Shown: positions 9,496 through 19,876 of the stretch, in pieces
Layout: each line of letters starts with the position of its first letter
Numbering within the stretch: position 1 is the stretch's first letter
From: Candidatus Zixiibacteriota bacterium
GTDB lineage: Bacteria > Zixibacteria > MSB-5A5 > WJJR01 > JAJRUJ01
NCBI GenBank assembly: GCA_024277855.1
Contig: JAJRUJ010000082.1
Coordinates: 3,537-67,536, forward strand
Direction: 5' to 3'
DNA length: 64,000 bases
Made by a program: the position numbers and the translations under genes
Notes under the pieces: generated by a model
Seen by the model: only the letters and a program-made list of their open reading frames with translations
Told to the model about the DNA's origin: nothing
Databases searched by the model: none

Positions 9496-10716
9496 TTATT
9501 CGTTCTCTTCTTCTTCTTCCTCATCCTCGTCGCCTTCTTCATAATAATCTTCATAGAAAACATACGGGTTTTCGCGGGGATGGGCCACCATCTCGGCGAC
9601 CGGCTCCAGTTCGATAGCTTCGAGGAAATTGCCCAGGCCGACACGCTGGATAAACTCGCCGATACGCTCGCGCGCCTTGCCTTCCTCGCCCCAGATATCC
9701 CAGATCCGCTCCACGATATCCTTGATCTCCTGGTAGGGCGGTTCCATCTTGATAAACGGAATCAAAACCGATGAAAGCAACGCGCCCTCGACGATCGGTG
9801 CTTTCGCGCCGAGCAGGATGCAGGCGCCGCGGTCTTTGCCCGGAGCCAGCGCCTTCGGCATGGCGTTGATGCAGTGCATACAGTGGCGGCAGGACGAGTT
9901 GTCGATATCAAGCTTGTTGCCGTCCCATTTCATACACTTGCCCGGGCAGTTGACAATGACATCATCGACAATGTCCAGACCGCCATCGGCATACTTCTTG
10001 ACCTCGTCGTGATCGACCTGGATCTCATCGCGCCAGGTACCGATGATCGACATGTCTGAACGCGCGATCGAGGCGACACAGTCGTTCGGACAACCGGAGA
10101 ATTTAAATTTAAACTTGTAGGGAAACGCCGGTCGATGCAACTCGTCCTGGAATGTCTGCGTAAAATCGTAACAGGCGCCCATTGTGTCATAACAGGCCCA
10201 TTCGCAACGAGCCATCCCGCAACAGCAACTCGGGGTCCGCACGTCCGAACCGGAACCGCCGATATCGAAATCGACCTTGGCCAATTCCTCGAAAACCGGC
10301 TCCAGTTGGTCGGTCGTCGTACCGAGGAACACAATGTCGCCGGTGGACCCGTGCATGTTGGTCAAACCGGATCCGCGTGGTTCCCAAATATCACATAGTT
10401 TGCGCAGCGCAGCGGACGTGTAAAACCAACCCGCGGGCTGGTTGATCCGCATGGTGTGAAAATGTGAAACACCGGGGAATTCTTTGGGTAACTGTGAATA
10501 GCGCCCGATTACGCCGCCACCATACCCCATTACACCGACGATACCGCCGTGCTTCCAAAACCCGATTTTCTCTGTGTAGGACTTTTCCAATTGCCCCAGC
10601 AGATCATTCGCCATCGGGCTTTTTTTGGCGGCCATTTTGATTTCCGTCACAAAACTCGGCCATGGACCCTTCTCGAGTTCATCGAGTTTTGGCGTCTTAT
10701 ACGTTGCCTCCGCCAT
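9496..10716 (-). CDS. dsrA: Dissimilatory sulfite reductase alpha subunit (reductive type)
   Basis: [35 protein letters not shown], siroheme-cluster motifs CCGMARC and [15 protein letters not shown]. Ends in an acidic tail. Confidence 0.99.
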   Translation of the reverse strand: MAEATYKTPKLDELEKGPWPSFVTEIKMAAKKSPMANDLLGQLEKSYTEKIGFWKHGGIVGVMGYGGGVIGRYSQLPKEFPGVSHFHTMRINQPAGWFYTSAALRKLCDIWEPRGSGLTNMHGSTGDIVFLGTTTDQLEPVFEELAKVDFDIGGSGSDVRTPSCCCGMARCEWACYDTMGACYDFTQTFQDELHRPAFPYKFKFKFSGCPNDCVASIARSDMSIIGTWRDEIQVDHDEVKKYADGGLDIVDDVIVNCPGKCMKWDGNKLDIDNSSCRHCMHCINAMPKALAPGKDRGACILLGAKAPIVEGALLSSVLIPFIKMEPPYQEIKDIVERIWDIWGEEGKARERIGEFIQRVGLGNFLEAIELEPVAEMVAHPRENPYVFYEDYYEEGDEDEEEEEENE

Positions 10717-10898
10717 ACCTACTCCTAAAGTTTAAAATCCCTTCATCATATGCTTTGAAATCTCTTTTTGCCTTTTATGTCCGGCGCGCTTTAAGAATGT
10801 GGCCGGCGATTCTTACCGTGCCCGTCTGCGGAACCCCTCCCAGTTGGAACAGGGGTTAAATCAAACCGGATCAACCCGATCCGGCAAAACCCGGGATT

Positions 10899-10926
10899 AA
10901 GTAATATTTTTCACAAATACTGTCAA
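10899..10926 (-). promoter_or_regulatory. Putative dsrA promoter (-35 TTGACA) overlapped by a Rex-like operator
   Basis: Minus strand reads TTGACAgtatTTGTGAAAAATATTACTT. One perfect TTGTGAA half-site; the second half and the -10 element are degenerate. Confidence 0.45.
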
Positions 10927-11244
10927 GCGCATTCAGACCGAAATTCCAGCTAGTTGACAACTCCGGCACACCGCCGCCGAATCGACTCGATTCATCAACA
11001 GGTAATACTTTGTGAATCACATAATTACCTTAAGATCGCTGACGAGTCGATATTGCGGGCGAGGTCAATCTTTTTGCCGTTTTTCGCCCGCGTTCCCGAC
11101 CGCTGCCGGGCCGGGTTCAACCCCGGATAAATAACGTCATTTTCGGCCAGTCGCCGTAGTTTTATTCCTCCCTTGCCATCTGTTTGCAATTCTCGCGGCG
11201 GCTCATCGCCCCCACCGGTTATCACACCCTGATCGTTGTGGCTC

Positions 11245-13497
11245 TTACATATCTTTATAGGGGTTAGGCCCCATATCCTCGATCTCTTCCAAAAAATCAT
11301 CCAAAAGCTGCGGCAATTTGTGATAGTCGGTGATCTCCAATTCATGGATTTTCACCCGTTCGGGTTCAAGCACGAGCTGTTTTAGTTTTTCCTGCACATT
11401 TTCCATCCGGGTGTGGGCCAGTTCGCTGCCCCGAACAAAATGACATTGATAATCATCGCCGCGTTTGCAACCGAAGAGAATGATCCCGTCAAAACCCGAA
11501 GCAAGCGCATCACCGATCGCTACGGTATTGGCCGCGCCGATACAGCGCACCGGAATGACTCGCACCATCGCATTATGCTGCAGGTGATGTGCGCCGGCCA
11601 TATCGAGGGCGGGATACGAATCGTTCTCACACATAAAGACCAGGATACGCGGTTTTTCTTCGAATTCATCGGGCATGCTGATCGATTTGATCTGCTGCGA
11701 GAACGAATTGACGTTGTAGTCTTTGAAACTGATGATCCGTTCCGGACAGGCACCCAAACAGATTCCGCACCGACGGCAACGCAGGGGATTAAGCAGCGGT
11801 GTGCCCTTGTCGTCTTCGTCGAGGGTGCCAAACGGACATTCCTCCGTGCAACGCTTGCACTGAGTGCAGCGTTGCATGAAGAAGTCCGGATAACTTTCGT
11901 CACCGGCGCGCGGATGTACGGCCTTACCCTGCGCGGTACATTCAATCGACTGCACCGCTTTCAGCGTTGCGCCGAAAGCGTCGGAAGCGGCGGTGGCCAG
12001 GTCCATCGGCGCGCGCACACACCCGGCGGCGTAGATACCGGTCCGCCGCGTTTCATAAGGGAAACAGATGAAATGCGAATCGGGAAAGCCGTATTTCAAC
12101 GTTGGGAGATCGGTGCCCTGGCGATAGGTCAGGTTGAGGATATTTGCGCCTTTCTCTGCTCCCGCGGCCTCTTTCTTGCCGTCTTCGAGCATACCCTCGT
12201 CGGCTTTGTCATCGGTGCTTTCCTCTCCGGCAACGGCCTCGACTTCGTCTTCGACCAAGGTCGACGGGACCATTCCGGCGGCGAGGACCAACAAATCGGC
12301 CTCGATTTTAATCTTCTCGCCGAGCAGAGTCTCGTCGACTTCAACTCCCAGCCGGTCGCCGGCCAATACACTGACCTCGGCTATTTCGCCCTTGGTCATA
12401 AACAGCGCGTCATCTTCCTGAACATGCGCATAGAACCGTTCATACTGCGCCGGCGAACGAAGGTCTTTGTAGAGGATATAAATTTTGGCATCGGGATATT
12501 TCTCCCGGACATACATCGCCTGCTTAAGCGAAACCCGGCAGCAGACCGCCGAACAGTACGGCAGGTGGTCTTCGTCGCGTGAACCGGCGCACTGGATAAA
12601 GGCGATGCTCTCCGGCGGTTTACTGTCGGAGGGCCGGACCAGTTTATCGGCGGCAACCATCTGTTCCAGTTCGACATTGGTCACCACATTCGGCGATTTG
12701 CCATAACCAAGATAATCGAGCTTGCTCTTGTCGTATGGTTTCCAACCTGTCGCCAACACAATCGACCCGACTTGATGTTCTTCCGGACCGGCGCCGTTTT
12801 CCAGGTTGACCATAAACTGTCCGGGCTGACCGCTGGTCTTGGCGATTGTCGTCGATGTCTTGACCGTGATTTTGGGATTTTCGGATACTTTTTGCACCAG
12901 CTCCTGCCAGCCCGACGATTCCAGGTCATGGTATGGCGGATGTTTGGGGAAGACTTGTTTGAACTTGGCGGCCCACCCACCGAGTTTGTCTTCTTTTTCG
13001 ACCAGGAGGACATCATTGCCGGCGGCCGCCGCAGCCAAAGCGGAGTTCATCCCGGAAATCCCGCCGCCGACGACCATCACCGTCTTGCAGATTTCCTCGA
13101 TCAGCGGTTCGGGCGGTTCGGTGGTGTTCAGACGTGCGTTGCTCATGCGGATATAGTCTTCGGCCATCACCTGCGTGTCTTCATCCTCGTCCTGCGGTTT
13201 ATGCGACCAGGCGACATGCTCGCGAAGATTGCACCGGTCAACTAGGACGTCCTGGCCAAAGGCAAACAGGTCGGTAAACTGCCGCTGCGAACAGGCCGCG
13301 ACACTGACGCGATTGAGCGCATCGCTTTTAATATCATCACGGATCTGTTGCAGTCCTTCGGCCGAACAATACGCCGGATGAGTCCGGCAAATCGCCGGTT
13401 TGCATTCTTCGTTGGTTGCTTCGATAAGTTTTTCGATATCGAGGGCTTGGCCGATTTCACAACCCGAACAGATATAGATACCGACTTTCGTGTCCAT
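11245..13497 (-). CDS. qmoB: QmoB (HdrA-like FAD/Fe-S protein with C-terminal MvhD domain)
   Basis: VGVYICSGC, VVGGGISG, FIQCAGSRD...YCSAVCC, CTQCKRCTEECP, CRRCGICLGACP, and an MvhD-like RVIPVRC...GCKRGDDYQCH domain. Confidence 0.95.
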   Translation of the reverse strand: MDTKVGIYICSGCEIGQALDIEKLIEATNEECKPAICRTHPAYCSAEGLQQIRDDIKSDALNRVSVAACSQRQFTDLFAFGQDVLVDRCNLREHVAWSHKPQDEDEDTQVMAEDYIRMSNARLNTTEPPEPLIEEICKTVMVVGGGISGMNSALAAAAAGNDVLLVEKEDKLGGWAAKFKQVFPKHPPYHDLESSGWQELVQKVSENPKITVKTSTTIAKTSGQPGQFMVNLENGAGPEEHQVGSIVLATGWKPYDKSKLDYLGYGKSPNVVTNVELEQMVAADKLVRPSDSKPPESIAFIQCAGSRDEDHLPYCSAVCCRVSLKQAMYVREKYPDAKIYILYKDLRSPAQYERFYAHVQEDDALFMTKGEIAEVSVLAGDRLGVEVDETLLGEKIKIEADLLVLAAGMVPSTLVEDEVEAVAGEESTDDKADEGMLEDGKKEAAGAEKGANILNLTYRQGTDLPTLKYGFPDSHFICFPYETRRTGIYAAGCVRAPMDLATAASDAFGATLKAVQSIECTAQGKAVHPRAGDESYPDFFMQRCTQCKRCTEECPFGTLDEDDKGTPLLNPLRCRRCGICLGACPERIISFKDYNVNSFSQQIKSISMPDEFEEKPRILVFMCENDSYPALDMAGAHHLQHNAMVRVIPVRCIGAANTVAIGDALASGFDGIILFGCKRGDDYQCHFVRGSELAHTRMENVQEKLKQLVLEPERVKIHELEITDYHKLPQLLDDFLEEIEDMGPNPYKDM

Positions 13498-14774
13498 CAG
13501 TTAACCCCCTTCGCGACGATAATCCCCTTGAGCGCCGCGCCGGTGGCATCCTGCACAGTAGCGGCCACTTCGACCGGCCGCACTGTCGTTCCGGTGCCAA
13601 TGACGCCGGGATTGCCGTCGGCGAGCATGAAGCCATATTCATCAAGCGGCACATCGACCGGCGGCTTGGCCGCGGCGGTGGCCGGCACCATTCCGGTGGC
13701 CAAAATGGCCATATTCACCGTCACCTTCTGCAGCTTGCCGGTCAGGGTATCTTCGGCTTCAAGAGTCACATCACCATTGCCCGCGTCGGTAATTTTGCCC
13801 ACCTTGCCGCGCAGGAAATGAATCTTCTCATCGGCCTGCATCTTCTGGTAGAAATCTTCCAACCGACCCGGTGAGCGAATATCGATATAAAAAATATAGA
13901 CGTCGGCTTCGGGATATCGTTCGCGAATGTAGGTGGCCTGTTTCATGGAGACCATACAACAAACGGACGAACAGTACGGGAGATGATTGTCGTCGCGCGA
14001 ACCCGCACACTGGACAAAAGCAATACTGCTGATTTCGCCGCCGTCGGACGGCCGGACAATTTTTCCCTCAGTCGGGCCGTTCTGGGCGGCCAGCCGCTCC
14101 ATCATTACATTATTAATCACGTTGGGCAGTTTGCCGAAACCGAGCGTATCGAGCTTCCCGGCATCGTAGGGTTCCCAACCGGTCGCCCAAATAATCGAGC
14201 CGACTGTCGCAGTCAGTGTCACCGGTTTTTGCTCAAGTTCAAAGGCGCCATATTCACAGGCCTCGACGCAGGCTTTCATCCGCTCGTCCCCGGCAATGGC
14301 GGGATCGACCAGGTAGCGCATCGGGTAGGCCATTTCATGGGGCAGATAGACGGCCTTCGTCTTGTCCATCCCCCAGTTATACTCATTGTCGCGTTCAATC
14401 TCACAGACCTTGGCGCATTCGCCGCACGCCGTGCATTTTTCATTGATGAAACGGGGATTGCGACGGATCTGCACCTTGTAACTGCCGGCCGCCCCTGAAA
14501 TATTTTCGACCTCAGCCAGCGTAAGGATTCGGACTTTGGGATTATTGCGTAAACGACGATAGTTCATCTCCATCCCGCAATATGGCGGGCAGAGCTTGGG
14601 AAAATACTGGTTGATACGCGCCACCGCGCCACCGAGTGATGGGCCTTTCTCAACAAGGATAACCTCTTTACCCACCTCCGATGCCTCGATTGCAGCCGTC
14701 ATCCCGGCGATTCCTCCCCCGACAACAAGAATGGCGGCGGAGAGGGATGTTTCGGCTGCTGCCGGTTCTGCCAT
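13497..14774 (-). CDS. qmoA: QmoA (HdrA-like flavoprotein)
   Basis: ILVVGGGIAGMTAA, YFPKLCPPYCG, and FVQCAGSRDDNHLPYCSSVCC motifs; 425 aa, abutting qmoB. Confidence 0.95.
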   Translation of the reverse strand: MAEPAAAETSLSAAILVVGGGIAGMTAAIEASEVGKEVILVEKGPSLGGAVARINQYFPKLCPPYCGMEMNYRRLRNNPKVRILTLAEVENISGAAGSYKVQIRRNPRFINEKCTACGECAKVCEIERDNEYNWGMDKTKAVYLPHEMAYPMRYLVDPAIAGDERMKACVEACEYGAFELEQKPVTLTATVGSIIWATGWEPYDAGKLDTLGFGKLPNVINNVMMERLAAQNGPTEGKIVRPSDGGEISSIAFVQCAGSRDDNHLPYCSSVCCMVSMKQATYIRERYPEADVYIFYIDIRSPGRLEDFYQKMQADEKIHFLRGKVGKITDAGNGDVTLEAEDTLTGKLQKVTVNMAILATGMVPATAAAKPPVDVPLDEYGFMLADGNPGVIGTGTTVRPVEVAATVQDATGAALKGIIVAKGVN

Positions 14775-14828
14775 ACGAGACTCCTCAGGAACTATGTGAA
14801 CGACATCGCCAAATTCTCTGGGTTCGGC

Positions 14829-14846
14829 TTACTAATAAATTCACAA
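14829..14846 (-). promoter_or_regulatory. Rex-like operator upstream of qmoA
   Basis: Minus strand TTGTGAA-TTTA-TTAGTAA compared with the Rex consensus TTGTGAA-N4-TTCACAA; about 55 bp upstream of the qmoA start. Confidence 0.45.
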
Positions 14847-15448
14847 AGCTTATACAATACTACTTTACCGTATTGGGCAAGAGCAGCCGACGATATTGTT
14901 GTCAAAAACGATGTTGCTTCCGGGTAAAACACCCGGTTGACCCGGTCAATATGTCGGATCGTTTTGGTCGATGATGTCCCCACCCTGCCATTGGGCAATC
15001 TCTATTATTTTTATCTTAATTCGGTAATTTACCTTACAGAATCAAGCAATTCGAAAGACCGAACTGTGACGTTTTGACATTCCGGCGATTTGTGGCCAAA
15101 AATACCGGCACTTTCAGGTCCGGATAGGTCGTCTGATAGCGACGTTCACCCGGCATAGCCCACTCGGATTTGTGTTTTTATTTCACAAGTTTGTGGCAAT
15201 CTGTGCTTCTGATAGAGTGCTATTTGCCTCAAAAACCGGGAATATGAGCCGCCTTAACTGGATCATCACCCGGGAATTAAATCTTTATAGACTATTGACT
15301 TGCATTGGAGATCGCCGAATAACCACTCGACAACAGTAATGTAATCATCTGAATAATAACAACTTACCCCAAAACCCCCTGTCGACCCATCTTCTCCGAC
15401 GGCAAAATTATAAAAAATGGTCGCATATGGCAGGATTTGACAGATTTG

Positions 15449-15475
15449 TTAGCACTCGACTCATATGAGTGCTAA
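15449..15475 (+). promoter_or_regulatory. CIRCE element (HrcA operator)
   Basis: Exact TTAGCACTC-N9-GAGTGCTAA upstream of groES; a TTGACA lies at 15437-15442. Confidence 0.97.
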
Positions 15476-15586
15476 CAAAATTGATTTTTATCTGTATATT
15501 AGTGTTGAGAGGGTCAACGAGTCAAATGACTCATTTGCGAATTAAACGTAAAGTTACCATACACATAACGCAACAAGGAGAGTAAC

Positions 15587-15877
15587 ATGAGTATTCGTCC
15601 ACTGGCTGATCGCGTTGTTCTTAAGCCGCTGGATAGCGAGGCAGAAGTCAAGCGTGGCGGTATCATTATTCCCGACACAGCCAAAGAAAAACCGCAAGAG
15701 GGCGAGATTATTGAAGTCGGCCCGGGTCGCCGCGGTGATGACTGCAAGCTGGTCGAGATGGAAGTCAAGAAGGGCGACAAGGTGCTCTACGGCAAGTATG
15801 CCGGCACCGAGTTCCGCGTCGGTGATGATGAGATGATGATCCTGCGTGAGTCCGATATCCTCGCAATCATCAGCTAG
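15587..15877 (+). CDS. groES: Co-chaperonin GroES
   Basis: [38 protein letters not shown] motifs. Confidence 0.99.
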   Translation: MSIRPLADRVVLKPLDSEAEVKRGGIIIPDTAKEKPQEGEIIEVGPGRRGDDCKLVEMEVKKGDKVLYGKYAGTEFRVGDDEMMILRESDILAIIS

Positions 15878-17557
<1,680 letters not shown>

Positions 17558-17602
17558 TCGCCCCACGTTGCCAAGATTTTCGACAACCCGCACGACACCA
17601 AC

Positions 17603-17633
17603 AACCCCCGGCCGATTGGCCGGGGGTTTTGTT
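17603..17633 (+). terminator. Intrinsic terminator of groESL
   Basis: AACCCCCGGCC-GATT-GGCCGGGGGTT followed by TTGTT. Confidence 0.85.
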
Positions 17634-17839
17634 ATGCTCGATAAGCGGATTCTCAGAGTCAATCCGTCAACCGGAGCGTCGTCCCGGCGCGCAGTCGACG
17701 GTCCGAGCGGGTAATCCATACCGACGGTATCAGCTTTGACATCGGACATTGATTCTCCGGCAATGATCTTACCGCGATAAAAAAATAAGGCCCACGCAAC
17801 AGCGCAGGCCTCGATAGTACATCATCTATCCAATCCAGT

Positions 17840-18430
17840 TTAGTAGGATACTTTGGTGAAATTTTCGGCGGCAAAATCCCAGTTGAGCAGTTTGTCGATG
17901 ACCGCCGCGAGGTAATTTGGCCGGGCATTGCGGTAGTCGATGTAATAGGCGTGTTCCCAGACATCGACAGTCAGCAGGGCCGTCTGGTTGTACTTCAACG
18001 GCAAATCGGCATTGGCGGTCTTGGTTACTTTTAATTTGCCGTTGTCTGAAACCAGCCAGGCCCAGCCCGAGCCGAATTGGGTCGCCCCGGCGGCGGCCAA
18101 CTCCTCTTTGCATTTATCAAACGAACCAAAATCGCGGTTGATCGCCTCGGCCAGTGTACCGCTCGGCGCCCCGCCTCCGCCGGGTTTCAGGCAGTTCCAG
18201 TAGAAGGTGTGATTCCAGACCTGGGCGGCGTTGTTAAACAGTCCCCCTTCGGCCGTGACAATGATCTCCTCCAGCGGTTTGCCCGCTTCCGGCTTGCCCT
18301 CAGTCAATTTGTTAAGATTGGTAACGTAGGCGTTATGATGTTTCCCGTAGTGGAATTCGAGTGTCTCTTTGGAAATCGTCGGGGCCAGCGCATCGAGCGA
18401 ATATGGTAATGACGGCAATTCAAACGGCAT
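17840..18430 (-). CDS. sodB: Superoxide dismutase (Fe-type signature)
   Basis: HYGKHH, NNAAQVWNHTFYW, TQFGSGWAWL and DVWEHAYYIDY motifs. ATG at 18430 with GGAGG SD. Confidence 0.95.
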   Translation of the reverse strand: MPFELPSLPYSLDALAPTISKETLEFHYGKHHNAYVTNLNKLTEGKPEAGKPLEEIIVTAEGGLFNNAAQVWNHTFYWNCLKPGGGGAPSGTLAEAINRDFGSFDKCKEELAAAGATQFGSGWAWLVSDNGKLKVTKTANADLPLKYNQTALLTVDVWEHAYYIDYRNARPNYLAAVIDKLLNWDFAAENFTKVSY

Positions 18431-18598
18431 TGTTCCCTCCCTGAATTGATAATTTCCATAATCAATATTCATAAAGAAGGGACCGTGCTCAGGACTGTCA
18501 ACACCAATCGGCGATGAGATTGTTCTGGCCCTTGGCCGCGCCGATTCCCGATATTAATTGTCGGCAATTTGGCGATACGGCGAGGAACCGATGGCACC

Positions 18599-19246
18599 AT
18601 GAACAGACCCAATGACTGGCGAACCAAACCGACCGACCGGTTTGTGCTCAAATGGATCAAAGTCAATTTGTCGGCGCGGATTACTCCCGGGTTAGCGCGA
18701 ATCGGCTGGCTGCGACCGTGGATGATGACAGTCTGTTCGGCCGGATTGGGCACGGCCGCCGGAGTCGTTTTCGCCCTGGGGTATGGTTGGCCGGCGGGCC
18801 TGATCGCGGCGATTGCGCAGGTGTTCGACGGTGTTGACGGCCAATTGGCGCGGCTGACCTCACAGCAAAGCCGGGCCGGGGCATTTCTCGACTCGGCACT
18901 CGATCGGTACGCCGACGGCGCAATGGTGCTGGGGATGATCATCTATTTGTTACGATTGTCGCTTGATTTGCCCCTCTGGCTAATTCTGGCCCTGGGTGCC
19001 CTGGCTTTGATCGGCAGTAATCTGGTCAGTTATACAGCGGCGCGGGCCGGTGAGTTACAAATCGCCCTGGGTAAACCGACGCTCGCCAGCAAGGGGACGC
19101 GCAGTTCGGTGATGATCCTGGGTGCGCTGGGCAGCGCGTTTTGGCCGCCCTTGCCGTTTGTTGCCTTATCTTATCTGGCGATTCATCCTAATCTGGCGGT
19201 GTTGGCGCGGATCATCCGTGTATATAAAAAGGACGGTGTCTCATAG
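18599..19246 (+). CDS. CDP-alcohol phosphatidyltransferase family membrane protein
   Basis: Family motif DGxDGxxARxxxxxSxxGxxLDxxxDR (DGVDGQLARLTSQQSRAGAFLDSALDR) plus TM helices. Confidence 0.9.
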   Translation: MNRPNDWRTKPTDRFVLKWIKVNLSARITPGLARIGWLRPWMMTVCSAGLGTAAGVVFALGYGWPAGLIAAIAQVFDGVDGQLARLTSQQSRAGAFLDSALDRYADGAMVLGMIIYLLRLSLDLPLWLILALGALALIGSNLVSYTAARAGELQIALGKPTLASKGTRSSVMILGALGSAFWPPLPFVALSYLAIHPNLAVLARIIRVYKKDGVS

Positions 19247-19845
19247 TGGCGGATCAAGAATCGAACAGACATGAACGCCGCACGGAGGTCGGAGTAATCC
19301 ACGGCCGCTTCCAGGTTTTGCATTACGATCATGTGAAATACCTGCTGGCCGGCAAAGGCCGTTGCCGCCACCTGATTGTCGGCATCACCAACCCCGACCC
19401 GTCACTGACGAAAAAGGAAGACACCGACACGGCGCGCAGCGATCCCCAGGCCAACCCGTTGACTTATTTTGAGCGTCATACCATGGTGCGGAACGTGTTG
19501 CTCGCCGAGAAAATTCCGCAGAGCGAGTTCTCGATTGTGCCGTTCCCGATCAATGTCCCCGAATTAATCGGCGCATACGTGCCGCTGGAGGCGACATTCT
19601 ATCTGACCATTCTCGACGACTGGGGTCGGCGAAAACGGGAGATTTTCCACGAACTGGGCCTGCAAATTGAAATCCTCTGGGAAAAACCACTTACCGATAA
19701 AGGCCTGTGCGGCACCGACATTCGGCGAATGATGGTCGACGGCGGGCCGTGGGAGAATGACGTGCCGCCGGCCACCGCCGCATTAATGAAACGATGGAAT
19801 ATCCCCGCCCGACTGCGGGGCATCGCGGCTGGGCCGGCTGGGTAA
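19246..19845 (+). CDS. Cytidylyltransferase-like (HxGH superfamily) nucleotidyltransferase, NMNAT-like
   Basis: GVIHGRFQVLHYDH (HxxH variant), IVGITNPD, and NPLTYFER motifs. The start overlaps the upstream stop. Confidence 0.8.
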   Translation: MADQESNRHERRTEVGVIHGRFQVLHYDHVKYLLAGKGRCRHLIVGITNPDPSLTKKEDTDTARSDPQANPLTYFERHTMVRNVLLAEKIPQSEFSIVPFPINVPELIGAYVPLEATFYLTILDDWGRRKREIFHELGLQIEILWEKPLTDKGLCGTDIRRMMVDGGPWENDVPPATAALMKRWNIPARLRGIAAGPAG

Positions 19846-19876
19846 GGCCGTTTCCGCCCACAGACCTCCGATAGCC

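Noticed and set aside
15449-15475. Inverted repeat upstream of groES as a novel element
   Set aside because: It is a textbook CIRCE/HrcA operator; listed as a feature only.
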